Assembly (NCBI GenBank): GCA_964637115.1
Contig: CAZWVL010000002.1
Coordinates: forward strand, 96,114-160,113
Direction: 5' to 3'
Origin: an uncultured Methanosarcinales archaeon
GTDB taxonomy: Archaea; Nanobdellota; Nanobdellia; Woesearchaeales; ARS49
Length of the DNA: 64,000 nucleotides
A program made the translations under genes and the position numbers. The notes under the pieces were generated by a model. That model ran no database searches. It saw only the letters and a program-made list of their open reading frames with translations, and had not been told where the DNA came from. Shown piece after piece: positions 12,503 through 21,372 of the stretch; position 1 is the stretch's first letter, and every line of letters begins with the position of its first letter.

Positions 12503-13237
12503 TTACTCTCCTGAAAGCTGTTTATAAATCTTTTCGATTTCGTCACGCTCAGAAGCATTACCCATTGAATCAATTTTTTTCAGCACGTTAGTCCATTCAT
12601 CTTTAACAAGATCATCAGTGTTGACTTTTTCTCCTGTTTTCTCCGCCCTCTTGAGACGTGCTGCAACCTTTTCCGCAACTTCCTCAATCTGACTCTTCAA
12701 TTTTGCGGCAACAGGCGAGCTTTTCTCCCTGACTTTGGAAAGAAAGGACCTGACCCTGTCTTTTAGGGGCACTGGAGGCTCTAGATGCATGCCAATATCT
12801 CCTGTCTCCTTCCATTTTGAGACTGCGCTGTTCAAATTGCTCACGATATGCTCATGAATGCGCTCACGCATTTCTTCCTTTTCCTGCTTTTTCAATTGCT
12901 CGGCATCAAGCTCTTCTTCAATCTCTGCAGTTTCAAGAATTTCTTTCTCTTTCTTGGCAGAATCAATCTCCCTTTCAGGAACTGCAGCGCCCTCTGCAGT
13001 AATTCTGATACCGTGCTCTATTGCAACAGATTCTTTCTCAACTGATTTTTCTTCAACCGGCTGCTCAGGAACATCTTCAACGATTTCCTTGAACAATCCG
13101 GCCACTTTGTGCTTGAATAACGAGAATTTAGAAGAGTCTCTCTGTTTGCCGTGCTCGTGATGTTCAGCACGGTGCTTTTCGTGATGGTTCACTTCTTTTG
13201 CTCCCATTCTTCTTCTGCCTCTTCCAATTCCTTCCAT
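12503..13237 (-). CDS. Charged, His-patch hypothetical protein
   Basis: E/K-rich with HHEKHRAEHHEH; overlaps the upstream gene. Confidence 0.6.
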   Translation of the reverse strand: MEGIGRGRRRMGAKEVNHHEKHRAEHHEHGKQRDSSKFSLFKHKVAGLFKEIVEDVPEQPVEEKSVEKESVAIEHGIRITAEGAAVPEREIDSAKKEKEILETAEIEEELDAEQLKKQEKEEMRERIHEHIVSNLNSAVSKWKETGDIGMHLEPPVPLKDRVRSFLSKVREKSSPVAAKLKSQIEEVAEKVAARLKRAEKTGEKVNTDDLVKDEWTNVLKKIDSMGNASERDEIEKIYKQLSGE

Positions 13238-14007
13238 ACGCTAACAGATGGCTTGGCTGGGTCTTTATTCATCTGCAGCATTTCAAAAGCCAGGAGGGCG
13301 AATAATATGATAAATACGCCTGCAGCACAAATACTTGCCGCTTTTTTTGCAGTAACTGCGATAGCGGCCGTTGGAGCGGCAACTGAAACGCCGAATACGC
13401 CGCCCAATATTAAAAACGCGCCCAGAAAAACCATAACAAGGATTTTCTTTGTTGTGGGATTATTGCAGAAATGGCCAACGGTGTGCGATCCAACCACTGC
13501 TACAACTAACAGCAAGACAAGCACCAGCATTGAATGATCGGGCGCGCTTGACTGTTGTATTGTTTTGATTGCAAGACCGCTTGGATTTAAGGGCACGGAA
13601 AAGTGAAGCGCGTCAATAGAAAGCATACCAGGACCTGAGATGTATACGAACAACTGTTTTGGTATTACGCCCGGCAGGTCACAGCTTTCTATGCACGCAG
13701 AGTCAAAGCTCGCGCCAAAAGCAGAGAGTTCGACTGTCTCCATCAATACTCCAGTATCAAAAACCAACCAACGCTCAGGACCTTCAGTAACGAGCCATAC
13801 TTGCGCATAACCAGGACCCTCCCACGAGCCAGAAATTCCAAAACCGCTTAGAGGAAAAGAACGCAAAAACGGAATTTCTTTTGTTTCAGAAAAACGATAA
13901 TGAGCTTCTTCAGTAAACTCAGTAACTTGCGCGGGCTTGACTGATATGACGCCCAGAACAATTCCAATAACAATGGTAGTAATCAGCACTGCTTTTTTCC
14001 ACATCAT
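13189..14007 (-). CDS. Membrane protein with CxESC exported domain
   Basis: Signal/TM, domain paralogous to 11952-12497, three C-terminal TM helices. Confidence 0.7.
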   Translation of the reverse strand: MMWKKAVLITTIVIGIVLGVISVKPAQVTEFTEEAHYRFSETKEIPFLRSFPLSGFGISGSWEGPGYAQVWLVTEGPERWLVFDTGVLMETVELSAFGASFDSACIESCDLPGVIPKQLFVYISGPGMLSIDALHFSVPLNPSGLAIKTIQQSSAPDHSMLVLVLLLVVAVVGSHTVGHFCNNPTTKKILVMVFLGAFLILGGVFGVSVAAPTAAIAVTAKKAASICAAGVFIILFALLAFEMLQMNKDPAKPSVSVWKELEEAEEEWEQKK

Positions 14008-14564
14008 TGCACCACTGCCGTGATAACATCAAAGTAAAGATCGTTTTTCTCAGGGCAAGCGTTGTTGCACTTCACAATATCATCCCACGCATTTTCCACT
14101 TTCCTGTCCTGCGATTCCTTCACCTGCTCGTTAGCAATACTCAATGCCTTTGAAAATTCCAACAAGTGTTCAGGATCTCCCCAGTACTTTGCTGTCGCGA
14201 TAATGTTGATTAATAATGCGCTTTCTGGTATGTCCTTTTCGAAAGCGGCAACTGTAACCAATACCATATCAAGATAAGCTTCATCAGGGCAGGCAGTTGA
14301 CAAGCACTTAGTCATCCTGTCCCATTGATCCTTCACTTCAGCACTGTCAGATTCTGCGACAAGGTCGTCCAAATTGCTGATAAGATTGGCACGGTCAACA
14401 GGGTCAGCAGCTTTTCTCAGCTCAATACTCTTGTAAATAATAGGCTTTACTGGAGGCTCGCTGGACACCACTTTAACGATAATCATAACTGCGGCAACAA
14501 TGATGATAATGCCCAGAATTGAAAATATAACAGTGCTAAAACCTCTTTGAACGGCCATGCCCAA
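14004..14564 (-). CDS. Single-TM exported hypothetical protein
   Basis: N-terminal TM; two W-x-x-x-x-KC...CP repeats. Confidence 0.65.
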   Translation of the reverse strand: MGMAVQRGFSTVIFSILGIIIIVAAVMIIVKVVSSEPPVKPIIYKSIELRKAADPVDRANLISNLDDLVAESDSAEVKDQWDRMTKCLSTACPDEAYLDMVLVTVAAFEKDIPESALLINIIATAKYWGDPEHLLEFSKALSIANEQVKESQDRKVENAWDDIVKCNNACPEKNDLYFDVITAVVQ

Positions 14565-14604
14565 CTTAACAGTTTAACTATATTAAAAGGTTACGGTATA
14601 AGAA

Positions 14605-15372
14605 TTATTTCTTTGCTTCTGGTTTTGCAGCCGCACCAGGAGCGCCCGGCTTTGCACCTGGAGCGCCAGGAGCAGCAGCGCCTTCAACCGGCAGCAATTC
14701 TTCAATAATGACAGTTGGAATCTTTGCCTCAACCAATTTTGCCTTAATGGCTCCTCTCGGCTGGCCGGCCATACTTTCAATAATTTGCTTCGCAGTTGCC
14801 ATAAACTCAGCCTTACGTTTTTCGATGTCAGCAAGCAGTTTTTGTTTCTTCTGCTCGAGCTCTCTCAACTCTTCAGCTGACAACTCTGTTTTCTCTGCCT
14901 TGATTTCAGCATCATACTGGCCGCTGTTGATATCCTGAATAGTTTCAACTGCCCTCTTGCCCTCGATCATAACACCCATACTGTTACAAGTGCCGGCAAT
15001 TTCCTTAACCATTGCAAACATGTCCCTGCCGGACAAATTATCCTGTTTCATTTTGGCTATTTTAATGACCTGCTCAATCTTCAAATCTGCAACAAGGTCA
15101 GTCTCTGGAGAACCAGAACCCTTCTCAATATGAGCTTCCTGTTTGACCAACGCGCTTGCAGGAGGAGTGCCAACAGTAATTGTAACATTCTTAGCTTCAT
15201 CAACAACAATCTTGACAGGAACCTGAACGCCCTTGAAGTCAGCAGTTTTCTTATTGATATCAGAAATAATCTGGCCTATGTTTACGCCCAACGGACCTAG
15301 AGCTGGACCTAACGGAGGTGCAGCTGATGCTTTACCACCTTCAATCATTGCGTCTACAGTCTGCTTAGGCAT
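14605..15372 (-). CDS. rpl11: 50S ribosomal protein uL11 with long C-terminal extension
   Basis: GGKASAAPPLGPALGPLG, VPVKI, VGTPPAS, GTCNSMGV; 255 aa. Confidence 0.95.
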   Translation of the reverse strand: MPKQTVDAMIEGGKASAAPPLGPALGPLGVNIGQIISDINKKTADFKGVQVPVKIVVDEAKNVTITVGTPPASALVKQEAHIEKGSGSPETDLVADLKIEQVIKIAKMKQDNLSGRDMFAMVKEIAGTCNSMGVMIEGKRAVETIQDINSGQYDAEIKAEKTELSAEELRELEQKKQKLLADIEKRKAEFMATAKQIIESMAGQPRGAIKAKLVEAKIPTVIIEELLPVEGAAAPGAPGAKPGAPGAAAKPEAKK

Positions 15373-15412
15373 GTATATGGTCCCCCTATGCTTCCTTTAA
15401 AAAGCTTTCTCT

Positions 15413-16027
15413 CTAAAGTTCATCTTCAGATGATGCTTCTGCTGTTTCAGTTTCCCTTCTGATGACCTTCACAGCATCCATCTTGACAGTAATCGGAATT
15501 GGTACAGCTGCACCAAGAAGCTCGACAACGACTTCTTCTTTTGTCTTGTCAATTCTTGTAACCTTGGCCTGCTCGCGCTTGAACGGACCTGAAATAATCT
15601 CAACAATGTCGCTCTTGCGAATATCAACCTCGCGCTTAACTTGTTCAAGCATGTGCTCAATTTCCGAGTAATTAATTTCCTTCGGCAAAATGCCTCTGGC
15701 ATATGGAACGTTAAAAGCAGCCTGCTCTGCAGACTGCCTGTCAGCAGCTTCTACGAAAATATAGCCGCGCATACCGTGCGGACGGATAACAGAGAAAACA
15801 GGAAGCTTCTTTTTCTTAACATTGCTTACTAAGAAATCCAAAACCTGATCTTCACGGTTGGCAGTTGTTCTTAATGCGAAAATGAGAGTTCCTAATTCTT
15901 CTTTCTTCGGAGCTTCAACTTTTTTTTCTTCGACAACTTCTGGCGCTTTAACTTCTTCAACTGCACCAGCAATCGTAGGAATACCTACCGGCGCCTTTTG
16001 CTCTCCACCCTGCTCGTTTTCTTCCAT
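15413..16027 (-). CDS. spt5: Transcription elongation factor Spt5 (NusG)
   Basis: TTANRE, GYIFVEA, KOW IISGPFK, VVELLGAAVPIPITV. Confidence 0.95.
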   Translation of the reverse strand: MEENEQGGEQKAPVGIPTIAGAVEEVKAPEVVEEKKVEAPKKEELGTLIFALRTTANREDQVLDFLVSNVKKKKLPVFSVIRPHGMRGYIFVEAADRQSAEQAAFNVPYARGILPKEINYSEIEHMLEQVKREVDIRKSDIVEIISGPFKREQAKVTRIDKTKEEVVVELLGAAVPIPITVKMDAVKVIRRETETAEASSEDEL

Positions 16028-16087
16028 TTTTCAAATCTCCGAGAATAATGAGAGTGAAAAGTAGTCGGTTGTTTATAAAGTTTACGA

Positions 16088-16459
16088 TTAGAACAATATT
16101 TCCTTCAAGAAGTGAATGGCAAAGCCAATGACGCCAATAATCGCCATTCCAATGGCTGAAATTTTGACAATGGTAGTAAATTCCTGCTTGTCAGGCTTTT
16201 TGGTAACTCTAAGAACACGCTTGCATTCCATGGTAAAAGCTTTCAAACGGTCAAATTTGCCAGAGATTGGAGCTCCAATCTGCTTTGGCTGCTGTTCCAA
16301 CTTCTTAGGAATTTCCTGCTGTGGCTCGGCTTTAACTGCCTCTTCAACAGACTCCTGAACATCATGCAACGGCTGCTCAGATTCTGCAACTTCAGATCTT
16401 TCCTCTATCTGAGAAATCTCTTCCTGAAGCTCTTCGTCCTTTTTCTGTTCGTCCTGCAT
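16088..16459 (-). CDS. secE: Protein translocase subunit SecE (Sec61 gamma)
   Basis: RVLRVTKKPDKQEF...IGVIGF; position between ftsZ and spt5. Confidence 0.92.
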   Translation of the reverse strand: MQDEQKKDEELQEEISQIEERSEVAESEQPLHDVQESVEEAVKAEPQQEIPKKLEQQPKQIGAPISGKFDRLKAFTMECKRVLRVTKKPDKQEFTTIVKISAIGMAIIGVIGFAIHFLKEILF

Positions 16460-16485
16460 ACTAAGAATTTTCTATACGTGCTTTA

Positions 16486-17013
16486 TTAATCTTTCTTAGG
16501 CTTCAAGTTAAACTTGACAAAAATCTCCTCGTAAGACCGCATGTCAATCAGTTCATCTGCAGGCACCAATTTTCCTGAGAAATAAAGATCCATCAAGCGT
16601 ACAACACCAGGAACAAACCCCCTCAGGTGATTATGAGCATCATCCAAAGCTTCTTTGCCAAATTTAATAACTTTCTGCGCATCCTTTTCTTCTTTGGTCA
16701 AACCTTGCCATGACTCTCTTTCAGCCCCGCATATAAAATCAGGATTTTGATAACGCTTGTCATTCACCCAGACATCTGTCACAATTTTTCCATTCGAATA
16801 TACGTTAACAATATCGCCCTCTTTTATCAGGGTCAGCCTAATTTCCTGAGGGTTACGTTCGTATTCAAAATTCGTGTCATTTATCGTGCTAGAGATCTCA
16901 AAATAACCGCGACCGGGGATGTGGCGGCGATAAAAAGAAACGTCGACATTCGGTATAATAATTCTTTTGCGCAGTTCGGATTCAACCCTATCATCCAGTT
17001 TGCTTGCCATCAT
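16486..17013 (-). CDS. Hypothetical protein
   Basis: 175-aa ORF co-directional inside the ftsZ-secE cluster. Confidence 0.6.
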   Translation of the reverse strand: MMASKLDDRVESELRKRIIIPNVDVSFYRRHIPGRGYFEISSTINDTNFEYERNPQEIRLTLIKEGDIVNVYSNGKIVTDVWVNDKRYQNPDFICGAERESWQGLTKEEKDAQKVIKFGKEALDDAHNHLRGFVPGVVRLMDLYFSGKLVPADELIDMRSYEEIFVKFNLKPKKD

Positions 17014-17019
17014 AAGAAA

Positions 17020-18141
17020 TTAATCCACAAACTCAATGCCAAGCTCAGACTGCATCTCCTCTCTGGTTGCTTCAGAGAGTTTCTTGGTCTTGCCAAAGAT
17101 TTGTGGAGACTTCACCCCAGTCACTATCAACATAACTCTAAGCATACTGCCCAAGTCCTCATAAATCTGCGCGCCCCAAATGATTTTTGCATCTTCTGAT
17201 AATCTTTCAGAAATGGTTTCAACAACCCTTCTTGCCTCGTTCAAAGTAAGATCTTTGCTTCCAGCAACATTAATCAACGCGCCAGTTGCACCAGTAATGT
17301 CAACATCCAATAATGGATTGTTGATTGCCTTTTCAACAGCCTCTGTTGCCCTGTTTTCAGAATCACTTTCACCAACACCAATCAATGCAACACCACCGTT
17401 GCTCATGACTGCACGGATGTCTGCAAAGTCCAAGTTAACAAGACCTGCTTTAGTTACTAATTCTGCGATGCCCTTCACTGCATTAGTCAAGATTTCATCT
17501 GCAACCTTGAACGCAGTGTGCAAGGGCAGGTCAGGAGCAAGCTCCAGCAACTTGTCATTAGGGATAACGATGAGCGTGTCAACATACTGCTGCAATTTTT
17601 CCAAGCCGATAACCGCGTTCTCATATCTCCTGTTGCCTTCCATCGTAAACGGCATCGTAACAATTCCAACAGTCAGGGCACCCATCTTCTTGGCAGTTTC
17701 TGCAACAACGGGAGCAGAACCAGTACCGGTGCCACCACCCATACCACATGTGATGAACACCATATCAGCATCAGCAAGAGCAGTCTTCAAATCGTGTTCG
17801 TTCTCTCTGGCTGCTTCCTCGCCAACTCTTGGATCAGAGCCTGCGCCAAGACCTTTTGTAACTTCACGGCCAATCAAGATTTTCTTGTCAGCATTAGTAT
17901 AAAGAAGATCTTGCGCATCAGTGTTAACTGCAACAGTTTCTGCGCCTTGAACGCCAACCTCAGTAATTCTGTTAATGGTATTATTACCACCACCGCCACA
18001 GCCAACCACCTTTATGCTTGCTCTTTGCTTGGAAAGAAGCTCTTCAAGTTCTGTGTCAAGAGGGTGGGCACTATTTCTTTTCTGCGTCAGCTTCGGATCG
18101 TTAGAATTTTGCTGAGTTTGTGGCGGTTTTATGAAATCCAT
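17020..18141 (-). CDS. ftsZ: Cell division protein FtsZ
   Basis: [23 protein letters not shown]. Confidence 0.98.
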   Translation of the reverse strand: MDFIKPPQTQQNSNDPKLTQKRNSAHPLDTELEELLSKQRASIKVVGCGGGGNNTINRITEVGVQGAETVAVNTDAQDLLYTNADKKILIGREVTKGLGAGSDPRVGEEAARENEHDLKTALADADMVFITCGMGGGTGTGSAPVVAETAKKMGALTVGIVTMPFTMEGNRRYENAVIGLEKLQQYVDTLIVIPNDKLLELAPDLPLHTAFKVADEILTNAVKGIAELVTKAGLVNLDFADIRAVMSNGGVALIGVGESDSENRATEAVEKAINNPLLDVDITGATGALINVAGSKDLTLNEARRVVETISERLSEDAKIIWGAQIYEDLGSMLRVMLIVTGVKSPQIFGKTKKLSEATREEMQSELGIEFVD

Positions 18142-18209
18142 AGTTCCCCTTTACCTAAAATTTTGCAGACTGAAGAACTATTTAAGCATTATGAGGCAAG
18201 AGAATATAT

Positions 18210-18851
18210 TTACTTCTTTGCAGAGAATTCTGCTTCAAGACTTGTCAGTTCAGCAATTTTTTTTGCTAATTCCTTGCTGATTGGCTCTGGCAGTTCAGAC
18301 GGGAAAGTGATAATCGCTTTCTTTTCCTTCAATTCAACAGGCACTTTGAGGCCAAGAAGGACTTTCAATAAAGCTTCAACCTGTGCTTTCTTTTCAGTTA
18401 CAATCCTGTTGGCCTTCAAATCATACGAAACATCCCTGCCGGCAAGAGGATGGTTAAAATCAACAACAGTCCTGCCGCCACTGACAGTCTTCACAATGCC
18501 AACATAATTGTCAATGTTCAACCTCAAGCCAGGCACTGGCTTAATGCCCTGTTCAGTGAACTTGCTAGTAGGAACCATAGTGACTAATTTAGGATTCTTG
18601 GCACCAAATGCCTTTGCCGCCGGTAAGTCTAAAGTGTACTTGCCCGGCTCCTTGCCTTCCAAAAACTCATCAATGCCCTTCAGGATTTGGTGCTCTCCAA
18701 TGCAAATAATGACTGGAGAATATTCGCCTTTTTCAGAGAAAATCTGAGCTTCTTTTGCAGTATTAACATCAGTAGTATCAAACACTTCGTTAGTATCTTT
18801 CAAACGACCCGTGTATTCAATTTCCACAAAATCGTGCTTTTTGATAGGCAT
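18210..18851 (-). CDS. FKBP-type peptidyl-prolyl isomerase (SlyD-like)
   Basis: IEYTGRL..VFDTT, IGEHQILKGID, VDFNHPLAG. Confidence 0.93.
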   Translation of the reverse strand: MPIKKHDFVEIEYTGRLKDTNEVFDTTDVNTAKEAQIFSEKGEYSPVIICIGEHQILKGIDEFLEGKEPGKYTLDLPAAKAFGAKNPKLVTMVPTSKFTEQGIKPVPGLRLNIDNYVGIVKTVSGGRTVVDFNHPLAGRDVSYDLKANRIVTEKKAQVEALLKVLLGLKVPVELKEKKAIITFPSELPEPISKELAKKIAELTSLEAEFSAKK

Positions 18852-18912
18852 GCCGAGAGGGGACTAGAGATTGTTTAAAAAACTTACTCTGGGAAAAGTT
18901 AAATGACAGTGT

Positions 18913-18997
18913 GCCGCAGTTCAGCTCAGTTTTTCTCTCCCCCACAAGTGCGGGGAGAGAAAAACTGACATTGTGCTTAGTACGAGGCGCGCGGCCA
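18913..18997. other. Strong intergenic hairpin (17-bp perfect inverted repeat); candidate structured RNA or terminator
   Basis: TCAGTTTTTCTCTCCCC (18926-18942) / GGGGAGAGAAAAACTGA (18952-18968); outer GCCGC/GCGGC. Confidence 0.6.
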
Positions 18998-19058
18998 TTA
19001 ATTTCTCATTATTGCCCTCTGCAAAAGCTTTTTATATAGAGATACATAAACAATCCGC

Positions 19059-19547
19059 ATGAAAAGAGGTCAGCTGAAGGCAATTATCATTATCCTTCTT
19101 ATCATTGGCGTTGTTGTGAGCTTTCTAATGTTTTCACAAAAACAAGCAGGAAAAGCAGTATATCAAGAAATCCCTTCAGTGTATGAAGAAAAACCTGTAG
19201 AACAAATAATTTACAAAGTTCCGGAAGCACCTGCTCCGAAAAAGCCTGCTCCAGAAATACCTGTTCCCGTGGCAACAATACAACCACCGGCAGCACCAAA
19301 ACCTTGCATTGCAACATTTGATGCTGTCTCTTGCCACGCAGCAACAGCGCTTGCAATGAAAAAATGCCCGTCAAATTACAAGTGCAAGACAACATCAATA
19401 TGGGTGGCAGCGGAAGGATGCGGAATAGAAGTAACGTGCACTCCGCCAACCAGCGGCATCAAACAACCAGAATATCCGAGAGAAGGAGAAAAACTGCCAT
19501 ACGCAGCAGGATACTACCGCCAGCCGGCATCAAGCGGATATTCATAG
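19059..19547 (+). CDS. Single-TM exported protein with Pro-rich linker and 6-Cys domain
   Basis: N-terminal TM, PEAPAPKKPAP linker, six Cys. Confidence 0.65.
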   Translation: MKRGQLKAIIIILLIIGVVVSFLMFSQKQAGKAVYQEIPSVYEEKPVEQIIYKVPEAPAPKKPAPEIPVPVATIQPPAAPKPCIATFDAVSCHAATALAMKKCPSNYKCKTTSIWVAAEGCGIEVTCTPPTSGIKQPEYPREGEKLPYAAGYYRQPASSGYS

Positions 19548-20081
19548 TTTAGATTTGATAAAGTTAAGAACTTTCTGGACAGACTGTTCAATCGTCATTC
19601 CGGTTGTATCTAGAGCAAAGTCGTAGTTTTTTTCATCTGAAATGTCAACAGAATACCATTTCTTGTAACGTTCAACATCATCTTTCCACCTTTTTATAAC
19701 AGCATTCAGCATGCCTTCAACAGTCTTTTGATGCTTTTCATCTGGACGCTGGTTGGCAAAAATACGCTCCGCAGCTTTTTTCATATCACACGCCAGAAAG
19801 ATTTTGACAGAATTGGGAATGAAATGCCATGCTGTCCTGCTGTCCATCACAAAATCATCTTGGGTCTTTCCAAAATGTTCAACCTTCTTATCAATTTCCT
19901 TATCAGTCCAATCTTCTTTCTTGCCAATTTCATTCAACTGGTCAATCGTCAAGCCGCGCTCCATGGCAAGCTGGCCGCGCATGTCACCACCAGAATAATG
20001 CTTGTAGCCAAGCTTTTTTGCCAAAGCCTTTGCCAGAGTTGTCTTGCCAGAACCAGGAGTTCCGTTAATGGTAATAATCAT
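19542..20081 (-). CDS. cmk: Cytidylate kinase (archaeal type)
   Basis: GTPGSGKTT P-loop, YSGGDMR, DKEID, DSRTA. Confidence 0.88.
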   Translation of the reverse strand: MIITINGTPGSGKTTLAKALAKKLGYKHYSGGDMRGQLAMERGLTIDQLNEIGKKEDWTDKEIDKKVEHFGKTQDDFVMDSRTAWHFIPNSVKIFLACDMKKAAERIFANQRPDEKHQKTVEGMLNAVIKRWKDDVERYKKWYSVDISDEKNYDFALDTTGMTIEQSVQKVLNFIKSKL

Positions 20082-20431
20082 ACTTGAATAACACCCATGG
20101 CGTACAAAAATTTTTCTCGCATACGCGCCAACGTTTCGGGAGGATATTGCGACAACTTTATAGGTGAAAAAAATGAATAAATCGCTTCCGCATCATCTTT
20201 CCATGTCGAAAGTCTGTGCTGTTTTCTTTTTGTTTGTATGCTTGGCACGAGTTTGTCAATAGCGGGCATTAGTTCGTCAATAGATGAAATGACTCTTTGT
20301 GCAAGATTAATAACCGGCTGCCCTGGTGCAAACTCACCAATGGCGTGCGCACGCTCCACTTTTTCACATTCTGAATTCATCTGCTGGTATAATTGATGCA
20401 CTTCAGCAACATATGTCTTCACGCTGTCCAT
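20078..20431 (-). CDS. Hypothetical protein
   Basis: 117 aa, 4-nt overlap with cmk. Confidence 0.55.
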   Translation of the reverse strand: MDSVKTYVAEVHQLYQQMNSECEKVERAHAIGEFAPGQPVINLAQRVISSIDELMPAIDKLVPSIQTKRKQHRLSTWKDDAEAIYSFFSPIKLSQYPPETLARMREKFLYAMGVIQV

Positions 20432-20536
20432 CTTTTCTGAGCACAGTCCATTTGGATATAAAAAGTTATGTTATAGAGCATTATATGGCAAACTTTTTAA
20501 ATGAGTGCTTAGATTTGTATATGGGAGTGAAGAACT

Positions 20537-21316
20537 ATGGAAAAAACTGAGCCTGTTGCTGAACAGACATGTGGTCACTTTGTTGAAGGCGATGATATAT
20601 CAAAGTTCTGCTACTTAACCGGTGATAAAAACAAGGCGCATCAGGGAGATTTGGCAGTGGTTCCAGCGTTCATGCTTGACTTCTATGCAAAACGAGCTTC
20701 CGATGAACATCCTCAAAGGGAAGGACTTCAGTTTATCACACTAAACACTCATTTCCACGATATCATACGCAAAGGTGAAAAGTTCAAAATAAGCCACGCC
20801 GGAATAGGCACGAATGATGGCAACATGGTATGTTATTTTGAAATCCGCAAAATCGGCGATGAAGACCCAGCAAAAAAACCAGTAGCCGCAGTCGAAGTCG
20901 AATATGGCAAAATGCTTCCTTCACCGGCAGCAGTCCGCTACGATAACCGCGGTAACCCAAGCACACAGAAAACACACTCCTATACTCTTGATCTGAACCA
21001 ACTGCAAGAAGTCAAAGAAGTACTCAAATTACCTCGAACTGCAGATTTAGAGTCACGTCTTATAACGGCCGTCAGCTTAAGTGCCAATGCACTTCTCGCG
21101 GGCTTTGATGAAAGTTCGGGCAAACAACCCTTTTTCGGTGGCCACAAGCTAACAGTTTATGATGGATTCGATGCCGCGCTTGCAGAAAGTGAAATTTTAC
21201 TCACCGTCAGAGCAGACAAAAAACCACAAAACGCTCCACCTGTCTATGTCCGCGGAGAAAGCAAGAATGGTAGGCGAATCTTCGACCTTCAAGCAACCAT
21301 CTTTTATGCAGCCTAA
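20537..21316 (+). CDS. MaoC-like hotdog-fold protein (putative)
   Basis: [17 protein letters not shown] resembles the MaoC F..LSGDxNPxH motif; FHDIIRKGE resembles RF..PV..G. Confidence 0.5.
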   Translation: MEKTEPVAEQTCGHFVEGDDISKFCYLTGDKNKAHQGDLAVVPAFMLDFYAKRASDEHPQREGLQFITLNTHFHDIIRKGEKFKISHAGIGTNDGNMVCYFEIRKIGDEDPAKKPVAAVEVEYGKMLPSPAAVRYDNRGNPSTQKTHSYTLDLNQLQEVKEVLKLPRTADLESRLITAVSLSANALLAGFDESSGKQPFFGGHKLTVYDGFDAALAESEILLTVRADKKPQNAPPVYVRGESKNGRRIFDLQATIFYAA

Positions 21317-21372
21317 ACGGCGCAAGCTATTTAAATAAGCTCTCATCTCAAAATCTCAATCTGGGGGTTATT

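Noticed and set aside
17180-18507. Long plus-strand ORFs (240 and 329 aa)
   Set aside because: They are antisense to ftsZ and the FKBP gene, with no motifs; typical shadow ORFs
18913-18997. 5S rRNA or intact tRNA call
   Set aside because: TTAGTAC resembles 5S loop E and the 5' end resembles a tRNA, but the conserved 5S CCGAAC segment and the tRNA T-arm/anticodon arm are absent
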